Positions 1 to 12,297 of a stretch of 64,000 nucleotides of DNA are shown one piece after another (position 1 is the stretch's first letter; every line of letters starts with the position of its first letter). Made by a program: the position numbers and the translations under genes. The stretch spans positions 806,001 through 870,000 of the forward strand of contig JBNJNM010000011.1 in assembly GCA_052426225.1 (NCBI GenBank). Direction: 5' to 3'. This stretch comes from Zancudomyces culisetae HAW-14-8 (taxonomy: Eukaryota; Fungi; Kickxellomycota). The notes under the pieces are model-generated. The model was given only the letters and a program-made list of their open reading frames with translations. It was not told the origin of the DNA and made no database searches.

Positions 1-1203
1 GCTGATGTCATCAGTTAGAGGTAAAATGTTGGACGTTGATTGACGCATTCTTTCAACGCCAAAGACAGGATGCTCAGAAAAGATGCTTTTCCTGTTGTTG
101 TTGTTGTTGATGTTGATGTTGTTGTTGTTGGGGGTAGGAAACGCTACCAAGGTTTGTGAACGCAGTCTCGAAAAATTTCGTATACTGGATAGCGGGGTTT
201 TGACTTCAGGGGTAGCAGTACTAGATACATTTTTCGCGAGTGAATTTGTAAGAAGTTGAGAACTAGGGAATAGTGAGGGTTGCGATGGTTGCGATGGTTG
301 AGAGGGTGGGAGAGGATGGAATGGCGTTTCTGTGGACTGTGTGCCGTTGTTATTGAGATGAGAGCGTGGGATACCGAATGGGGTTGCGGAAAATCCAAAA
401 GATGTGGTCTGTGCCCGCCTCCGATTTCCGATGCTCAATTCGTTTTCTGATATTCCACCAGTACTACAGGAAGTAGATTTTAAGCTTGTGCTATTGATTT
501 TTACAAGGCTTGAATAATGATCCACATCAATGTGTAACTCTGGATTGTAGTGTACAGTTCCGTAGCTACGGGTTGAGTCACCCATCAGGTACCTGGATAT
601 TTCTTGCACTGCTAGTTTTATTCCATCAGGACGTCCGTAAATTTCCACAACTCTCTCTGTCGATTGAGGAAGCAATCCTTTTGGTGACACAATTCTTGTG
701 TTTGAGTTATGCTGAATATTGTGAATATTCAATCCCTGTTTTCCGATAATTGTCCCCACCATCAAATGTGATACAAGCAGTCTTACCAAAACCAGGTTTT
801 CTGTGTTGAAGCTTCTATCCTTAATTTTTGAAAAATCAGTGACCACTATAAACTCGGAGAGTATTTGTGCAATATCATAAAATGCGTTTCCAAGCATCTC
901 TTCATTTCCTGTTATGGTCAAGATGCGGTTGTTTGACCCTGGAACTAGCTTTGAAACATTTGCTTTAATTTCGTACTTGCCTCTTAGGTCTGTTATTCTC
1001 GATCCTGATTTTCCTATGATCACGCCAGCTTCTTTGCAGGTGACAAGCGCTCTCAATGCCAGCTTCCCCCCCTTTCCTTTACTTTCTGTAAAGTATGCAT
1101 CTTCCTGTAAAGTACTTGTGCTACTTTGTGCTACTGGGTGGCGTTCTGGCCTGACAAAAGCACCACTTTCGTAGCTTGTAGTTATACCGTTGTTTATGTT
1201 CAT
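1..1203 (-). CDS. KH-domain RNA-binding protein, Rnc1/Pbp2/hnRNP-K-like (3' partial, runs off window)
   Basis: Manual translation from ATG at 1203 (absent from the ORF track because there is no stop in the window). KH1 reads LRALVTCKEAGVIIGKSGSRITDLR..NRILTITG and KH2 reads VRLLVSHLMVGTIIGKQGLNI..LLPQSTERVVEIYG, both with GxxG loops and closely resembling S. pombe Rnc1. A low-complexity P/S/N linker follows. Confidence 0.88.
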   Translation of the reverse strand, partial: MNINNGITTSYESGAFVRPERHPVAQSSTSTLQEDAYFTESKGKGGKLALRALVTCKEAGVIIGKSGSRITDLRGKYEIKANVSKLVPGSNNRILTITGNEEMLGNAFYDIAQILSEFIVVTDFSKIKDRSFNTENLVLVRLLVSHLMVGTIIGKQGLNIHNIQHNSNTRIVSPKGLLPQSTERVVEIYGRPDGIKLAVQEISRYLMGDSTRSYGTVHYNPELHIDVDHYSSLVKINSTSLKSTSCSTGGISENELSIGNRRRAQTTSFGFSATPFGIPRSHLNNNGTQSTETPFHPLPPSQPSQPSQPSLFPSSQLLTNSLAKNVSSTATPEVKTPLSSIRNFSRLRSQTLVAFPTPNNNNININNNNNRKSIFSEHPVFGVERMRQSTSNILPLTDDIS

Positions 1204-4200
1204 TTTTTCGAGTTTTGACACTTTATTCTTCCCTTCTAAATCAGTAGTTATGGTTATGTTTATGGTTTTGGTTGTAGATATAGGGGCAATGCCTGTTTAA
1301 TTCGTTCCGCGGTTAAAATTAGAGTGCAAAAAAAGCAGCAAAAGTGTTGCAGTTAGGTTTTTGTAATATAACGGTTCGATCGAGGGTTGGGGTATTATTG
1401 TGTTTCTAAGGGAGAGTAATTTCAATCTATGCAGATGTTGTGTGTGTCTGGGATATTGTACTGACCTCCTTCCTTTATTATGCTTTGTTCTACCCTACCT
1501 CGTTATGTTACAAGAAGTTGGATATATGTAAAAAACAGCGGTATTGATGGGAGGGGAAGGGTGAAAATATACTATGCTTCTGCTCGGGTAGATAGAAATC
1601 ACAAGAATAGAAAAAGAACGTGGACTGTAAAAGTTGCACTTGAGATTCTGAAAAAGTGAAAGAGGTGTTTTTCTTTATTATGTGGAATTCAGTTCTTTTT
1701 TATTCACCTTTCCTATTCTGTTTGCTGTTCTTTATTTTCCTGTTTGCTGCTTTCTATTCCTTTAGATTTTTTTTCTTTGGACAGAAACATCTTTACTTTT
1801 CCAAGATTAGCAATGTCCAAGTTTTTTTTTTTTTTGAATGACCTTTTTATCTAATTTAAATCCCTTGCAATTACTAAAGTCAAATTTACTAAAAAATATC
1901 CATTCCACCCACGCTTTTCCCCAATTTTCTTGTGACCCTTTAGCGAACATATTTCCAATGTATTTCACTTTTCCAGTTTACGTACCTTGATTTTTTAACA
2001 ACAAATTTATGTAATTTTTGCGGTAATAAAAAACAAGCTGTTTTAATACTATTCGTTTAACGCGTATTCTTAGGTAATGTTAAAAAAACCATACTCCAAA
2101 TTACTAAAAAAGATATTTAAAAAAAATCATGTAAATAAGCTGAACCAAAGTTAGTTGGTTTTACTAAATTTCAATCTTCCATTAACCCACATAAGAAGCT
2201 CTGATTGAATCCGTTTTACAAAATCAGGTGAATATTTTTTAAAATACATCAATTGGCTAGAAAGGTAAGCGTGAGGATATTTAACCTCCCCCATTTGGTA
2301 AAGCCCTTAGTAACAATTTTCTCATTTGAAGTTGTCTTAGTGGCACTCTAAATCGCCAAAACACTAGCACAAAAAACTAGTGATAATGAGAATATGGATG
2401 TCCGTTTAGTAATATTTCCCAAGATTCAGGATAGTTTGGACGCACCGCACATTTGCATTAGTACAAGACAGTTTGTTCCGAAATGAAAACGGCGGACAAC
2501 CTTTGAAGATTATCAAAGTTAGTCCTTTGCTATCCAATTACTGGTGTAAATATATATAAATTTATTTAAAACCTCGAGTTGTATCTAGTCTGAACATAGT
2601 GGTAACAAAAAGGAATTTGGGATAAAAGCTGGGGCAGCCAACATCAGATCTGATACCCTTTCCTCCATATCACTACAAGCTCGATTTACTTTGCTTTTGG
2701 CCTTTTTTATATTCGGGTATATGGTGACATTGAGCATTTTAAAAAAAAGATGTGTTCATTTACCTCCACTATTCCTAATAAACTCGGTTGGCATTTAAAG
2801 GTGTTGACACTCCATAATTCGATTTTACATCTTTTGCAGCCATTTTTGACTGTTGACCACTGCTTAAATTGCGAGGTGAGAGTCTTGTGTCCTTGTTTTC
2901 ATCTCATTTGATTTCTATCCTCCAGCCACCTCTCCTCCTCTGATAGTTTGATTTATAGGCGCGCAAGTAACCTTGCGTTTTTTTTTAAAGCTAATGCTGC
3001 TATTAGGCGATTTAGGCTTTACACAGTACAATTATTTTTTTGGTTTTATAAATTTGGTTCTTCCTCTTTTGTTTTAGATGATCGAAGAGTTTTGTAAAAT
3101 TTCATTGTGAAATTCAATTTACCAACCTCGCAAAAGCAAAATAAAATAAAAAAGCTATATGAATACGCCAATTTACCGAATTCCGGAGCAACAATAAAAA
3201 GAGCCCATTATATTAACATTTCAAACTAGTCGAGATAGACTCTTTTTAATATACATACAAATTGGTAAAGTTGCAAAACGGATTCTAGTAAAGGGTACGA
3301 AGAAGTAACGAGTGAACAATCAATCTTAAATTGTACCTTGTACAGAATTACACTTTTTGAGTTTCCTTTTGTTTTTTTTTTTTTAGCCTTGAAAATTTCA
3401 ATAATGTATTTCTACGACCGAGATATAGAGGGAAAGTAACAAAAGCACACGGTATAAACACAGAATTTGAGATATTCGATATGGTACTTTGATTATGCTC
3501 TTACTTTTAACTGCAGTTTTAATATCAATCATAGTTAACAGATGAGGTTTGATTAATTGAATTGATAAAAATCTAATGATTAGATCAGATATATTTTGGT
3601 TCAAAACCGCCAAGGAAAAACACGAATAGAAAAGTGGTTTTTGCCAGTAACTTTTCAAGAAAAGGCTAAAATCAAGACCGATCTTCATTCATTGATACTT
3701 ACAAGGGATGAAAAACATCAAAGCAACTTTATAGAGGTATGATTCATTGCGCTCAGTTGTTTAATAACTAGTTTATAAGTTACCTGTTAGATAAAATATA
3801 CGGACAGTTTGATAAAATCAACGGTCAATTAGGAGAACGAAGAAATAATACCAATCAATGACAAAACTTTCTAAATAGACAGAAGAGTACAGGATAGTAT
3901 ACCGCAGATATGCTGGATTGTATTTTTGCTTTTGTGTAGATACTTCGGATAATTTATTGGGATACTTTGAGGTTATACATTTGTTTGTAGAGGTTCTGAA
4001 TGAGTTTTTTGGAAACGTAACAGAACTCGATTTGATATTCAACTTTTTTAAGGTAAGCTGGTTTTTAGTAGCGCAAATGCTGCTTTCCTCATGATTTTTA
4101 ATATCTTTGCTTTTTTTGATTTTATTTATTTATTTTTTTAAAAAAAACAACACAATAGTATATATACTATATGTCTGGAATATAAAATTAGGTATATGGT

Positions 4201-7200
4201 GTGATTGACGAAATGTTTTTTGCAGGGGAGATCGAAGAGACACGACTTAGAGATATTGTAGATCGTGTTTTGATTCTAGATAGCCTTCAATAACATAAAA
4301 GAGGCATTTTTCTTGCTTTCATTTGATGGTGTCGAGTTACCAGAACAGAGCGTAGAGGGTTTGTAATTTCATTTTTTTCTACTAGAGAACTAGTTTTATT
4401 AGACATGTCAAGCTTTATTATAAATAACATAATAGCATTTTGTAATAAATGTGATAGTAGTGAAATTGGCTATTTCCTCTATGTAGTCTACACTAAAGCA
4501 TAAAGCTTTTAAGCAAAAGTTTAATACACTTGACGTATTGAGTTTTAGATTTGTATGTGGTAGTATATGTGGATAGTTCTATTACAAGGAGGCTTTTGTG
4601 TGTCATCTACTTATCAAGTGCATCCTCATAATACAAAAGTATTAAAAATACTTTTGTACATATTCGTTAGATGTACTGTAATAATAGCATTTGCGGCCTT
4701 GTTCTTTGCAGCAATTTGCGAGCCATTATGTATAAAATAGTGTATTTTGGCATGCAGGCTGTCTCAGTATCATGAGCCGGTGTTAAATGTGTTGAATCTG
4801 CGCGATTGGGATTAGAATCTTCAATTCAAGAGCAAAAAGGATTTATATATGCGACAAGCTTGAGCTTGAGCGTGAGCTTGTTCGCATTCTACATTTGTTT
4901 TATGTTATGTTGTATATGAACTCTCTAACCGGATTATGCAAAAAAAAAAAGTGTGGAAGTTCGGAGAAAAGTATAGGGGAGGAGGAGGCGTACTAATGTG
5001 TTGAGGCGTTTGTTATTTGTCTCTAGTGGTACATTTAGTGGCTATTCTATAAAATGGAATAGGCTCGTACAGATTCTGGTACAAGACAAATGTGTTAAAG
5101 GGGTAAAAACGATTCATCATTACACTGGATGCAAAATGATTCAAAGAAAGCAATTCTGTCTGTATGGGTTTTAGAGCCCGATTCAGAACCATTCAAGTAA
5201 ATACTATTGATCATAATTTATGTTTTTATAGTACTAAAAGAAAGTATAGTGGAAAAGTTAGTTATTCGCAAACAATATAGAAAAGTGCAAGTGGTAATGA
5301 AATTATTTCTACTAAATTATTCATGAGGGTAGTGCAGGTGGGGATGTACCAGAATAAGAAACCTGTGTGGTTGAAGAGTGCTTGGATATTGAGCGGAGGT
5401 ACAACAAAAATAGGAATTATACACATATGCATGTGTGCATGAGGCATGTGCGTTATTGCTCTTTTTCTCACATTGTCTTACCTTTGTATATTCTCCTCTT
5501 GTTAAGTTCAATTCCTGTAAATAGATGATAGCAACAGACAAATGTGAACTTGATAAAGGTCAGGGGTAAACAATAAGAAGACATATTTTATCACCAGTGT
5601 CCGCAGTAGTGAGGTTAGAAAAAGGATGTATCAATAAACCAAATGATTCATTTCAACTTGGATTGGGGCAGGTGGATATGGGGCAACATTCCAGGCGCAT
5701 TCATTATTTTCGGATCAAGAAAGCTTACAGATCGAAACCAGCGAATTAAGTTGAATAAGTTGAAAGATAGCTAAAGTAAAGGCGTGGTGTAAATGGGTCA
5801 ATATCTAAAAATATTCTAAAGTTGCATTATAAATAGATGACAATATATGAGAATATTTGCTGAAAAATTGGGGAAGGGTGAAGGATGATTAGCGTTTACA
5901 AATGTGCAACTACCGGAATGAGATCATCTTTTATCAACAAAGCTACACCAATGGCGACCCTACATGAATTTTTGTATATTATTTAAGTCTGCATACTTTT
6001 TTTTAGTAAGTGAACTGCAGCAAGTATAAACAAAAACCAAAATTCTGCGGATTGTTAGTGACACAAGGATGTGCAAATGCACTTAAAGTTATATAATGAA
6101 AGCAGTTCAGCATTAAATGGTTAATGGTTGTAAAGGCCTTGGGCAGGCATTACTATTTTAACCCAAAATAAGAACATTTGCAACGCTTTATGACTCAGGA
6201 TACAAATGTGAAGTTGGATGTGTAAATCCCAGAGCTTTAACAAACGTTTATTCGACAGGTCCAACTGTTGGCTTTCAAACCCATGCATGAACTTGTATAC
6301 TTTTTAATCTCTGACAAAATGCCTTGTAAAAAAACACAGCCAATAGAAACGTTATAAACCACCCCATCCAAAATTGATAAAACCAGAGCTTATCACATGA
6401 AAATTTGCGATTTATTTTTTCATTCGAGTCAAAAAAGGTAAAAATGAAAAAAAGAGCAAAAGAGAGTATATTTCGTTTTATCAGGTGATCAAACATGTCC
6501 TACACATGCCGAGAAGTTACTGAATTAAAGTGTGGCTGTTGTACATAAAGAAATGGGCAAACAGTACTATGAATAGAAGAGTATAGTAGATCGTGTGTAG
6601 TAAGGAACGGTTGCAGAGTTGAGTACACTTTATGAATGTGCCATCTGTTTAGATAGTTTGTATGCGTTTAGAGGGGAGGAGTGGGAGTGGAGGATGGGGA
6701 AGGGAGGGTCAATTTGAAAAAAAAGTGTATATCGTATAGAATCTGGTTTGTATTTTACATGTAATGGTGGGAGTGTATTTGGACGAGTGTACTCTGGTTG
6801 TGCTGTTTTACTGGGCTAAAACCGCGGATTAAACCAAGGTTTTGGTTTGCAATTTCTTATTTATGTATATACATATGCCTTCTAGTGCACTTTTTAGATA
6901 CAAGTTCTGATTGATAGGTGTATTTATCTGTCACATAACAATCGAGAACAGATGGTTACATCAAGACAAAACCATCTGAGAGTTTTAAGATGTATGAGCT
7001 TGATAGCATTTCATTCTTAATGTGAAACTAGAAAATGATACATCAAGAAAAGCCGGGAAAAAGGGGGGGGATAAGTAGAGAAGCATAAAAAATATACACG
7101 ATTGTTTATGATTACTAAATTCCAATAACGGAATATAGCAAAATTTGGAGATTAAATAAATAAATTAAAATTCACAAAGGGCGGTGTTAGGCGGATGGCT

Positions 7201-8478
7201 GGGGTTAGAATTTTGAGTCAACAATAACAAAAAAAATTGGGGATTTGATTTGTTTCAAAAGGCATAAAGTACACTAAATTATCAGGAAAAACAGTTGGAT
7301 ACAAGATGAATTAAAGACGAAATAGAGGAGAAATATTACTCTAGAGAGTAAAATTCAAAGTGTGGCCCAAAATATGAAGAAGGTTCTGGAATCATATTGC
7401 GATAAGATTGGTAAGATATTGCGACAAAAACCGTTTGGAGTAAAGTGGCAAGTTTTTATTGTGGGTGGATGAGTGTGTTCTTTTCTTTTAGTAAAAACAC
7501 AAGGTTAAATTGCTCAATTTCATTAACTTGAAGAAAATACATGTACAAGTACAAATATTAAAAAAGCTAATTACTTATAGGCCTTTTTTATAAATGTAAA
7601 CAGGAAAACACACGTAAAAAAAAAGAAAAACATTCAAATCGTCAATTGCAATAAAAAAAAGTAGATAAAATTACCAGCTTGATAAAAAAAAACAATGTTG
7701 TTGCAAAAAAAAACTTTTTACTAAATGCGATTTAGAAAAAAAAAATTGGGGAATCGTAATTTAAGTAGGCAGGATAAACTTGCCACATTGGTTGTACTTG
7801 AAAATTTGATTAGGTGTTTGTCAAAGACTTAGAGTAAAGCAGAAATAAATCGACGAATATTAACTAATCGATATCATCAACAAATATGTGGTAATTTTTA
7901 ATAAAATGGGTTTTTAGCTCCAGTAAAATTGAGGTTTGAATTGGTTATTGGATTAGAAAAGGTTCAGAAAAAAAATTTTATGAGCCAATACAGCAAATTA
8001 AAAGCTGATTACATAGACTTTTAGATGTGCTTTGAGAAAAAAAAGCAAAAGTTCTAGCATGGGATATTTCATCGTTTACGAAACAGAGAAGAAACTAATA
8101 CTCGTTTTGGGTAATAATGAATTTGTAGTGAATTAAAGAGCCTATCTAAATGAGTTTGTCGATAACTTTGAAGGTATTAACCATGAGAATTGGACTAAAA
8201 GGCATCAACAAAGTGCAACTTTGAAAAAAACTAAAAATTGCGATTACAAATTGGTAAGGTAGAGTTAGTTAGCGCTAGATTGCAGAAAAGGCAAATAGAA
8301 CAAAAATATTAACTAGCACCAAGGAAAAGCTTGGAAGCAAAGAAAAAAGCTGATTCAAAAGAAAAACTATATAAAGCAAACACAATGATATCCAGGAAAT
8401 AGAGAACTAAAAAGTCTTTTTCCCCTAAAACAAAAATTCTTAAGCGAATAGAGAATATACCATAGAAAATACTCGAAA

Positions 8479-10668
8479 ATGATGATGAAATTGGATAATG
8501 CATTACTTATGCTTTTGGCTACAGTCGCCTCATCAGCAAATGGTGCCGTAGTAAACAGAAACGAGTTGCGTATGCTTAATCTCAGAGATGCCGCTGTAGT
8601 TGCATACCCAGTAGCCTCATCAACTGTTACAACAGAATACCCAGTAGCACCAACCACCACTGGATACCCAACTGTTGATCCAACAACCACCACCACTGGA
8701 TATCCAACTGTTGCACCAACAACCACCACCACTGGATATCCAACTGTTGCACCAACAACCACCACCACAGCATACCCAACTGTTGCACCAACAACCACCA
8801 CCACTGGATACCCAACTGTTGCACCAACAACCACCACCACTGGATACCCAACTGTTGCACCAACAACCACCACCACTGGATATCCAACTGTTGCACCAAC
8901 AACCACCACCACCGCATACCCAACTGTTGCACCAACAACCACCACCACCGCATACCCAACTGTTGCCCCAACCACCACCACCACCGCATACCCAACTGTT
9001 GCCCCAACCACCACCACCACCGCATACCCAACTGTTGCACCAACAACCACCACCACCGCATACCCAACTGTTGCCCCAACCACCACCACCACCGCATACC
9101 CAACTGTTGCCCCAACCACCACCACCACCGCATACCCAACTGTTGCCCCAACCACCACCACCACCGTATACCCAACTGTTGCTCCAACCACCACCGTATA
9201 CCCAACTGTTGCCCCAACAACCACTGAGTCATGCGATTGCCCACCAGTAGTCACTTCAGACTGTATTAGTGTTACACAATATGCGCCAGCAGTTACAGTT
9301 ACCGCTGCTCCAGTTACTGTCACTGTTCCATGCACCACCACTGTACACCCAACTGTTGCACCAACCACAACTGAATACCCAACTGTTGCACCAACAACCA
9401 CCGTATACCCAACTGTTGCTCCAACCACCACTGAGTACCCAACTGTTGCACCAACAACCACCGTATACCCAACTGTTGCACCAACCACCACTGAATACCC
9501 AACTGTTGCACCAACAACCACCGTATACCCAACTGTTGCTCCAACCACCACTGAGCACCCAACCGTTGCACCAACAACCACCGTATACCCAACTGTTGCT
9601 CCAACCACCACCGAGCACCCAACAATCTGCTACACTGGACCAGAGGTTATAACTGTCACTGCAACTCCACCACCACAAACAGTCACTGTTACTGTACCAA
9701 CCACCGTATACCCAACTGTTGAACCAACCACAGTCTACCCAACTGTTGAACCAACCACAGTCTACCCAACTGTTGAACCAACCACAGTCTACCCAACTGT
9801 TGAACCAACCACAGTCTACCCAACTGTTGAACCAACCACAGTCTACCCAACTGTTGAACCAACCACAGTCTACCCACCACAACCAACAACCACAGTCTAC
9901 CCACCACAACCAACAACTACAGTCTACCCACCACAACCAACAACTACAGTCACCAGCAGTGTACCAGTCTACCCAACCGCCTCTACTGTAACAGTCACCA
10001 GCAGTACTCCAGTTTACCCAACTGCCTCTACCATTACTGTCACATCCACTGGATACACAACTGTTACCCCAACCACCACCACTGGATACCCAACTGTTGT
10101 CCCAACCACTACCGTCACTTTGTACCCAACCCCAGCTCCAACCACCACTACTGGATACCCAACTGTTGTACCAACAACTGAATCAACCACCTGTGACACC
10201 CCAGTCCCAACCACTACTGGATACCCAACTGTTGTACCAACAACTGAATCAACCACCTGTGACACCCCAGTCCCAACCACCACTGGATACCCAACTGTTG
10301 TACCAACAACTGAATCAACCACCTGTGACACCCCAGTCCCAACCACTACTGGATACCCAACTGTTGTACCAACAACTGAATCAACCACCTGTGACACCCC
10401 AGCTCCAACCACCACTGAGTACCCAACCGTTGCACCAACAACCACCGCATACCCAACCGTTGCCCCAACCACCACTGAGTACCCAACTGTTGCACCAACA
10501 ACCACCGCATACCCAACCGTTGTCCCAACCACCACTGAGTACCCAACTGTTGCACCAACAACCACCGCATACCCAACCGTTGCCCCAACCACCACTGAAT
10601 ACCCAACTGTTGACCCAACCACCACTGGATACCCAGTAGCACCAACCACCACTCCTGCACAATACTAG
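8479..10668 (+). CDS. Secreted Thr/Pro/Tyr-rich tandem-repeat (mucin/extensin-like) protein, 729 aa
   Basis: Intronless ORF with a hydrophobic signal peptide (NALLMLLATVASSANG|AVV) and dozens of xYPTV(A/E/V)PTTT units with synonymous codon variation. No TM segment or GPI signal at the C-terminus. Confidence 0.88.
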   Translation: MMMKLDNALLMLLATVASSANGAVVNRNELRMLNLRDAAVVAYPVASSTVTTEYPVAPTTTGYPTVDPTTTTTGYPTVAPTTTTTGYPTVAPTTTTTAYPTVAPTTTTTGYPTVAPTTTTTGYPTVAPTTTTTGYPTVAPTTTTTAYPTVAPTTTTTAYPTVAPTTTTTAYPTVAPTTTTTAYPTVAPTTTTTAYPTVAPTTTTTAYPTVAPTTTTTAYPTVAPTTTTTVYPTVAPTTTVYPTVAPTTTESCDCPPVVTSDCISVTQYAPAVTVTAAPVTVTVPCTTTVHPTVAPTTTEYPTVAPTTTVYPTVAPTTTEYPTVAPTTTVYPTVAPTTTEYPTVAPTTTVYPTVAPTTTEHPTVAPTTTVYPTVAPTTTEHPTICYTGPEVITVTATPPPQTVTVTVPTTVYPTVEPTTVYPTVEPTTVYPTVEPTTVYPTVEPTTVYPTVEPTTVYPTVEPTTVYPPQPTTTVYPPQPTTTVYPPQPTTTVTSSVPVYPTASTVTVTSSTPVYPTASTITVTSTGYTTVTPTTTTGYPTVVPTTTVTLYPTPAPTTTTGYPTVVPTTESTTCDTPVPTTTGYPTVVPTTESTTCDTPVPTTTGYPTVVPTTESTTCDTPVPTTTGYPTVVPTTESTTCDTPAPTTTEYPTVAPTTTAYPTVAPTTTEYPTVAPTTTAYPTVVPTTTEYPTVAPTTTAYPTVAPTTTEYPTVDPTTTGYPVAPTTTPAQY
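8636..10650 (+). repeat. Coding minisatellite blocks (36-bp, 30/60-bp, 27-bp and 66-bp units) within the mucin-like gene
   Basis: Directly visible units: (G/A)YPTVAPTTTTT, alternating VYPTVAPTTT/EYPTVAPTTT, VYPTVEPTT, VYPPQPTTT, and GYPTVVPTTESTTCDTPVPTTT x4. Confidence 0.95.
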
Positions 10669-10844
10669 AAAGCAGTTTTTAATTTTGTCTAATTATTTCT
10701 GTTTTTATAGCAATGCAATATAACTAATATCATTAATAGCTAGGTTTTCCATTTAAACCTTGTTTCATGTTAGCAATATTAATATACACATTCTAAACCC
10801 TAAATTTTTTGCTGTATGTATTTTCCATTTAATTTTTGTCCAAG

Positions 10845-11570
10845 TGTTAGGGCATAAAATGGATGAAAAAGCATATTGGATCGGAGAGGGACAAAACAGC
10901 GAGGAGCGTACTATTAGAACGATACTCTCGTAATGACAAGTCCAAAATCTCAAGATGGTTGTTAGACAGGAATCTCGAGGGAATGAGTAATTGGGTTTAC
11001 CTACAACTTATATACCCTGAGCATGAGCGGGGGCTTATGGAGATAGGGAGAATAAGAACAGGTAGGTTCTGGACAGCAGAGAGGCTGGTAAAGTTGGAGA
11101 CAGTAGATGAAAAGTTCAAGACCAGGTGCCCATTTTGTAAAAAAAAAAACAGCGCAGAAACCATTGAACATATTCTACTGGACTGTAAATACTCGCTGGA
11201 GTTAGGTATAAAACTCTGGAACATATCCTAGATATGTCAATTATAGGAAGTGAGGAGAGAGGTAGTAGTGAAGGATGGCGGAATTTTTTTGTAGGGCGAC
11301 TCCTTGAAGGGGAGTCAAAAAAAATGGTGACTCTCTCCGTTAAGAAGAGAGAAACCGAAGCACCGTCTTTGGTTGAGCTGGTAACGGCACAATTTTTGGA
11401 CGGAATATGTTGAACGAGGATACAAATCTTAGACCGACTTAGATCAGAAACAGCCTCCTTGAACCAACGCCCGGTGGGTATGGAGTCCCTAGAGGGACGG
11501 AGGGGAATTGGTTAGGTAGATATTTTATAGGATTATTTTTTGTAGTTTTATGGGATATTTATTTAATATT
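10845..11570 (+). mobile_element. 5'-truncated, decayed non-LTR (LINE-like) retrotransposon 3' end (zf-RVT-type zinc finger)
   Basis: ORF 10863-11231 contains RIRTGRFW...RCPFCKKKNSAETIEHILLDC, the CxxC-ETxxH-xxxC motif typical of LINE ORF2 C-termini. It continues through frameshifts/stops (LLEGE, TAQFLDGIC*) to about 11515. Boundaries are approximate. Confidence 0.72.
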
Positions 11571-11620
11571 TTCACCTAACAAAAAAAATTCACTTCGCAA
11601 GTTAATAAATAAATAGTAAA

Positions 11621-12297
11621 ATGGACAAGGATAAAGGTATTCAGGCCTTCGAGAGCTTGCTAAAAGGAAGAGAAGAGAACATAAGAAGAGGTGCCTGCCA
11701 AAAATGTGGCGGATGTAAGTATATATACTTTTCTACATTTCAATTAACATATAAATCATGTGTCCTTGCAAAGTTGCACATCCAAAACCTTTTCTAAATA
11801 GTATGTATGATATAGTTGGTCACTTGACCTACGAATGTAAAAACGACATTACAATTCAAAAATCAAAACAGGAGAGTGGCTCCAACAATGCTGGTAGACG
11901 TCATGACAGAAATCAGGCTTCAAAAGATCATTCCTTGAGTCACAAGAACTCCAAATCTACAACACATTCACTATCCTTAAAAAAAGAGCGCTTGAAAAGA
12001 CAGCTTTTAGAAGAAAAGGCTAAGCTCGAAAAGGAAAAAATATCATTGGAGAGACTTAAAGCCAAAAGGCAATCGAGAGGGAAATCGCATAGCAGGAAAC
12101 GTCATAAAAATAGTGATACATCTAGCTCAGAGTCAGAGTCAGAGTCAGGGTCGGGATCGGGATCGGGATCGGAATCGGAATCGGGATCCACATCTCTATC
12201 CGATTTTGATACAAGCTCATCGTCTTTGACCAAAACTTCTTCAGAAACTCGTAAGCGGAGTAAAAAAAGAATTAAAAGATCAAATTCTCGCCGGTAG
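11621..12297 (+). CDS. CCHC zinc-knuckle, Arg/Ser/Lys-rich protein (SREK1IP1/CAX-interacting protein 4-like); intron 11715-11815
   Basis: Exon 1 MDKDKGIQAFESLLKGREENIRRGACQKCGG, then a GTAAGT..TAG intron, then FGHLTYECKN, which together give CxxC-x4-H-x4-C. A K/R/S-rich tail follows. Confidence 0.8.

Noticed and set aside
144-1174. Short ORFs 144-398, 510-749 and 914-1174
   Set aside because: They overlap the real minus-strand KH-protein frame.
8636-10650. CRISPR-like regular ~30-36-bp periodicity
   Set aside because: No unique spacers, no cas genes, eukaryotic coding repeat.
8367-10662. Long antisense and alternate-frame ORFs (VVVGATVGY, poly-W, QQPPP)
   Set aside because: Shadows of the stop-free coding repeat; only the + frame has a signal peptide and synonymous-site variation.
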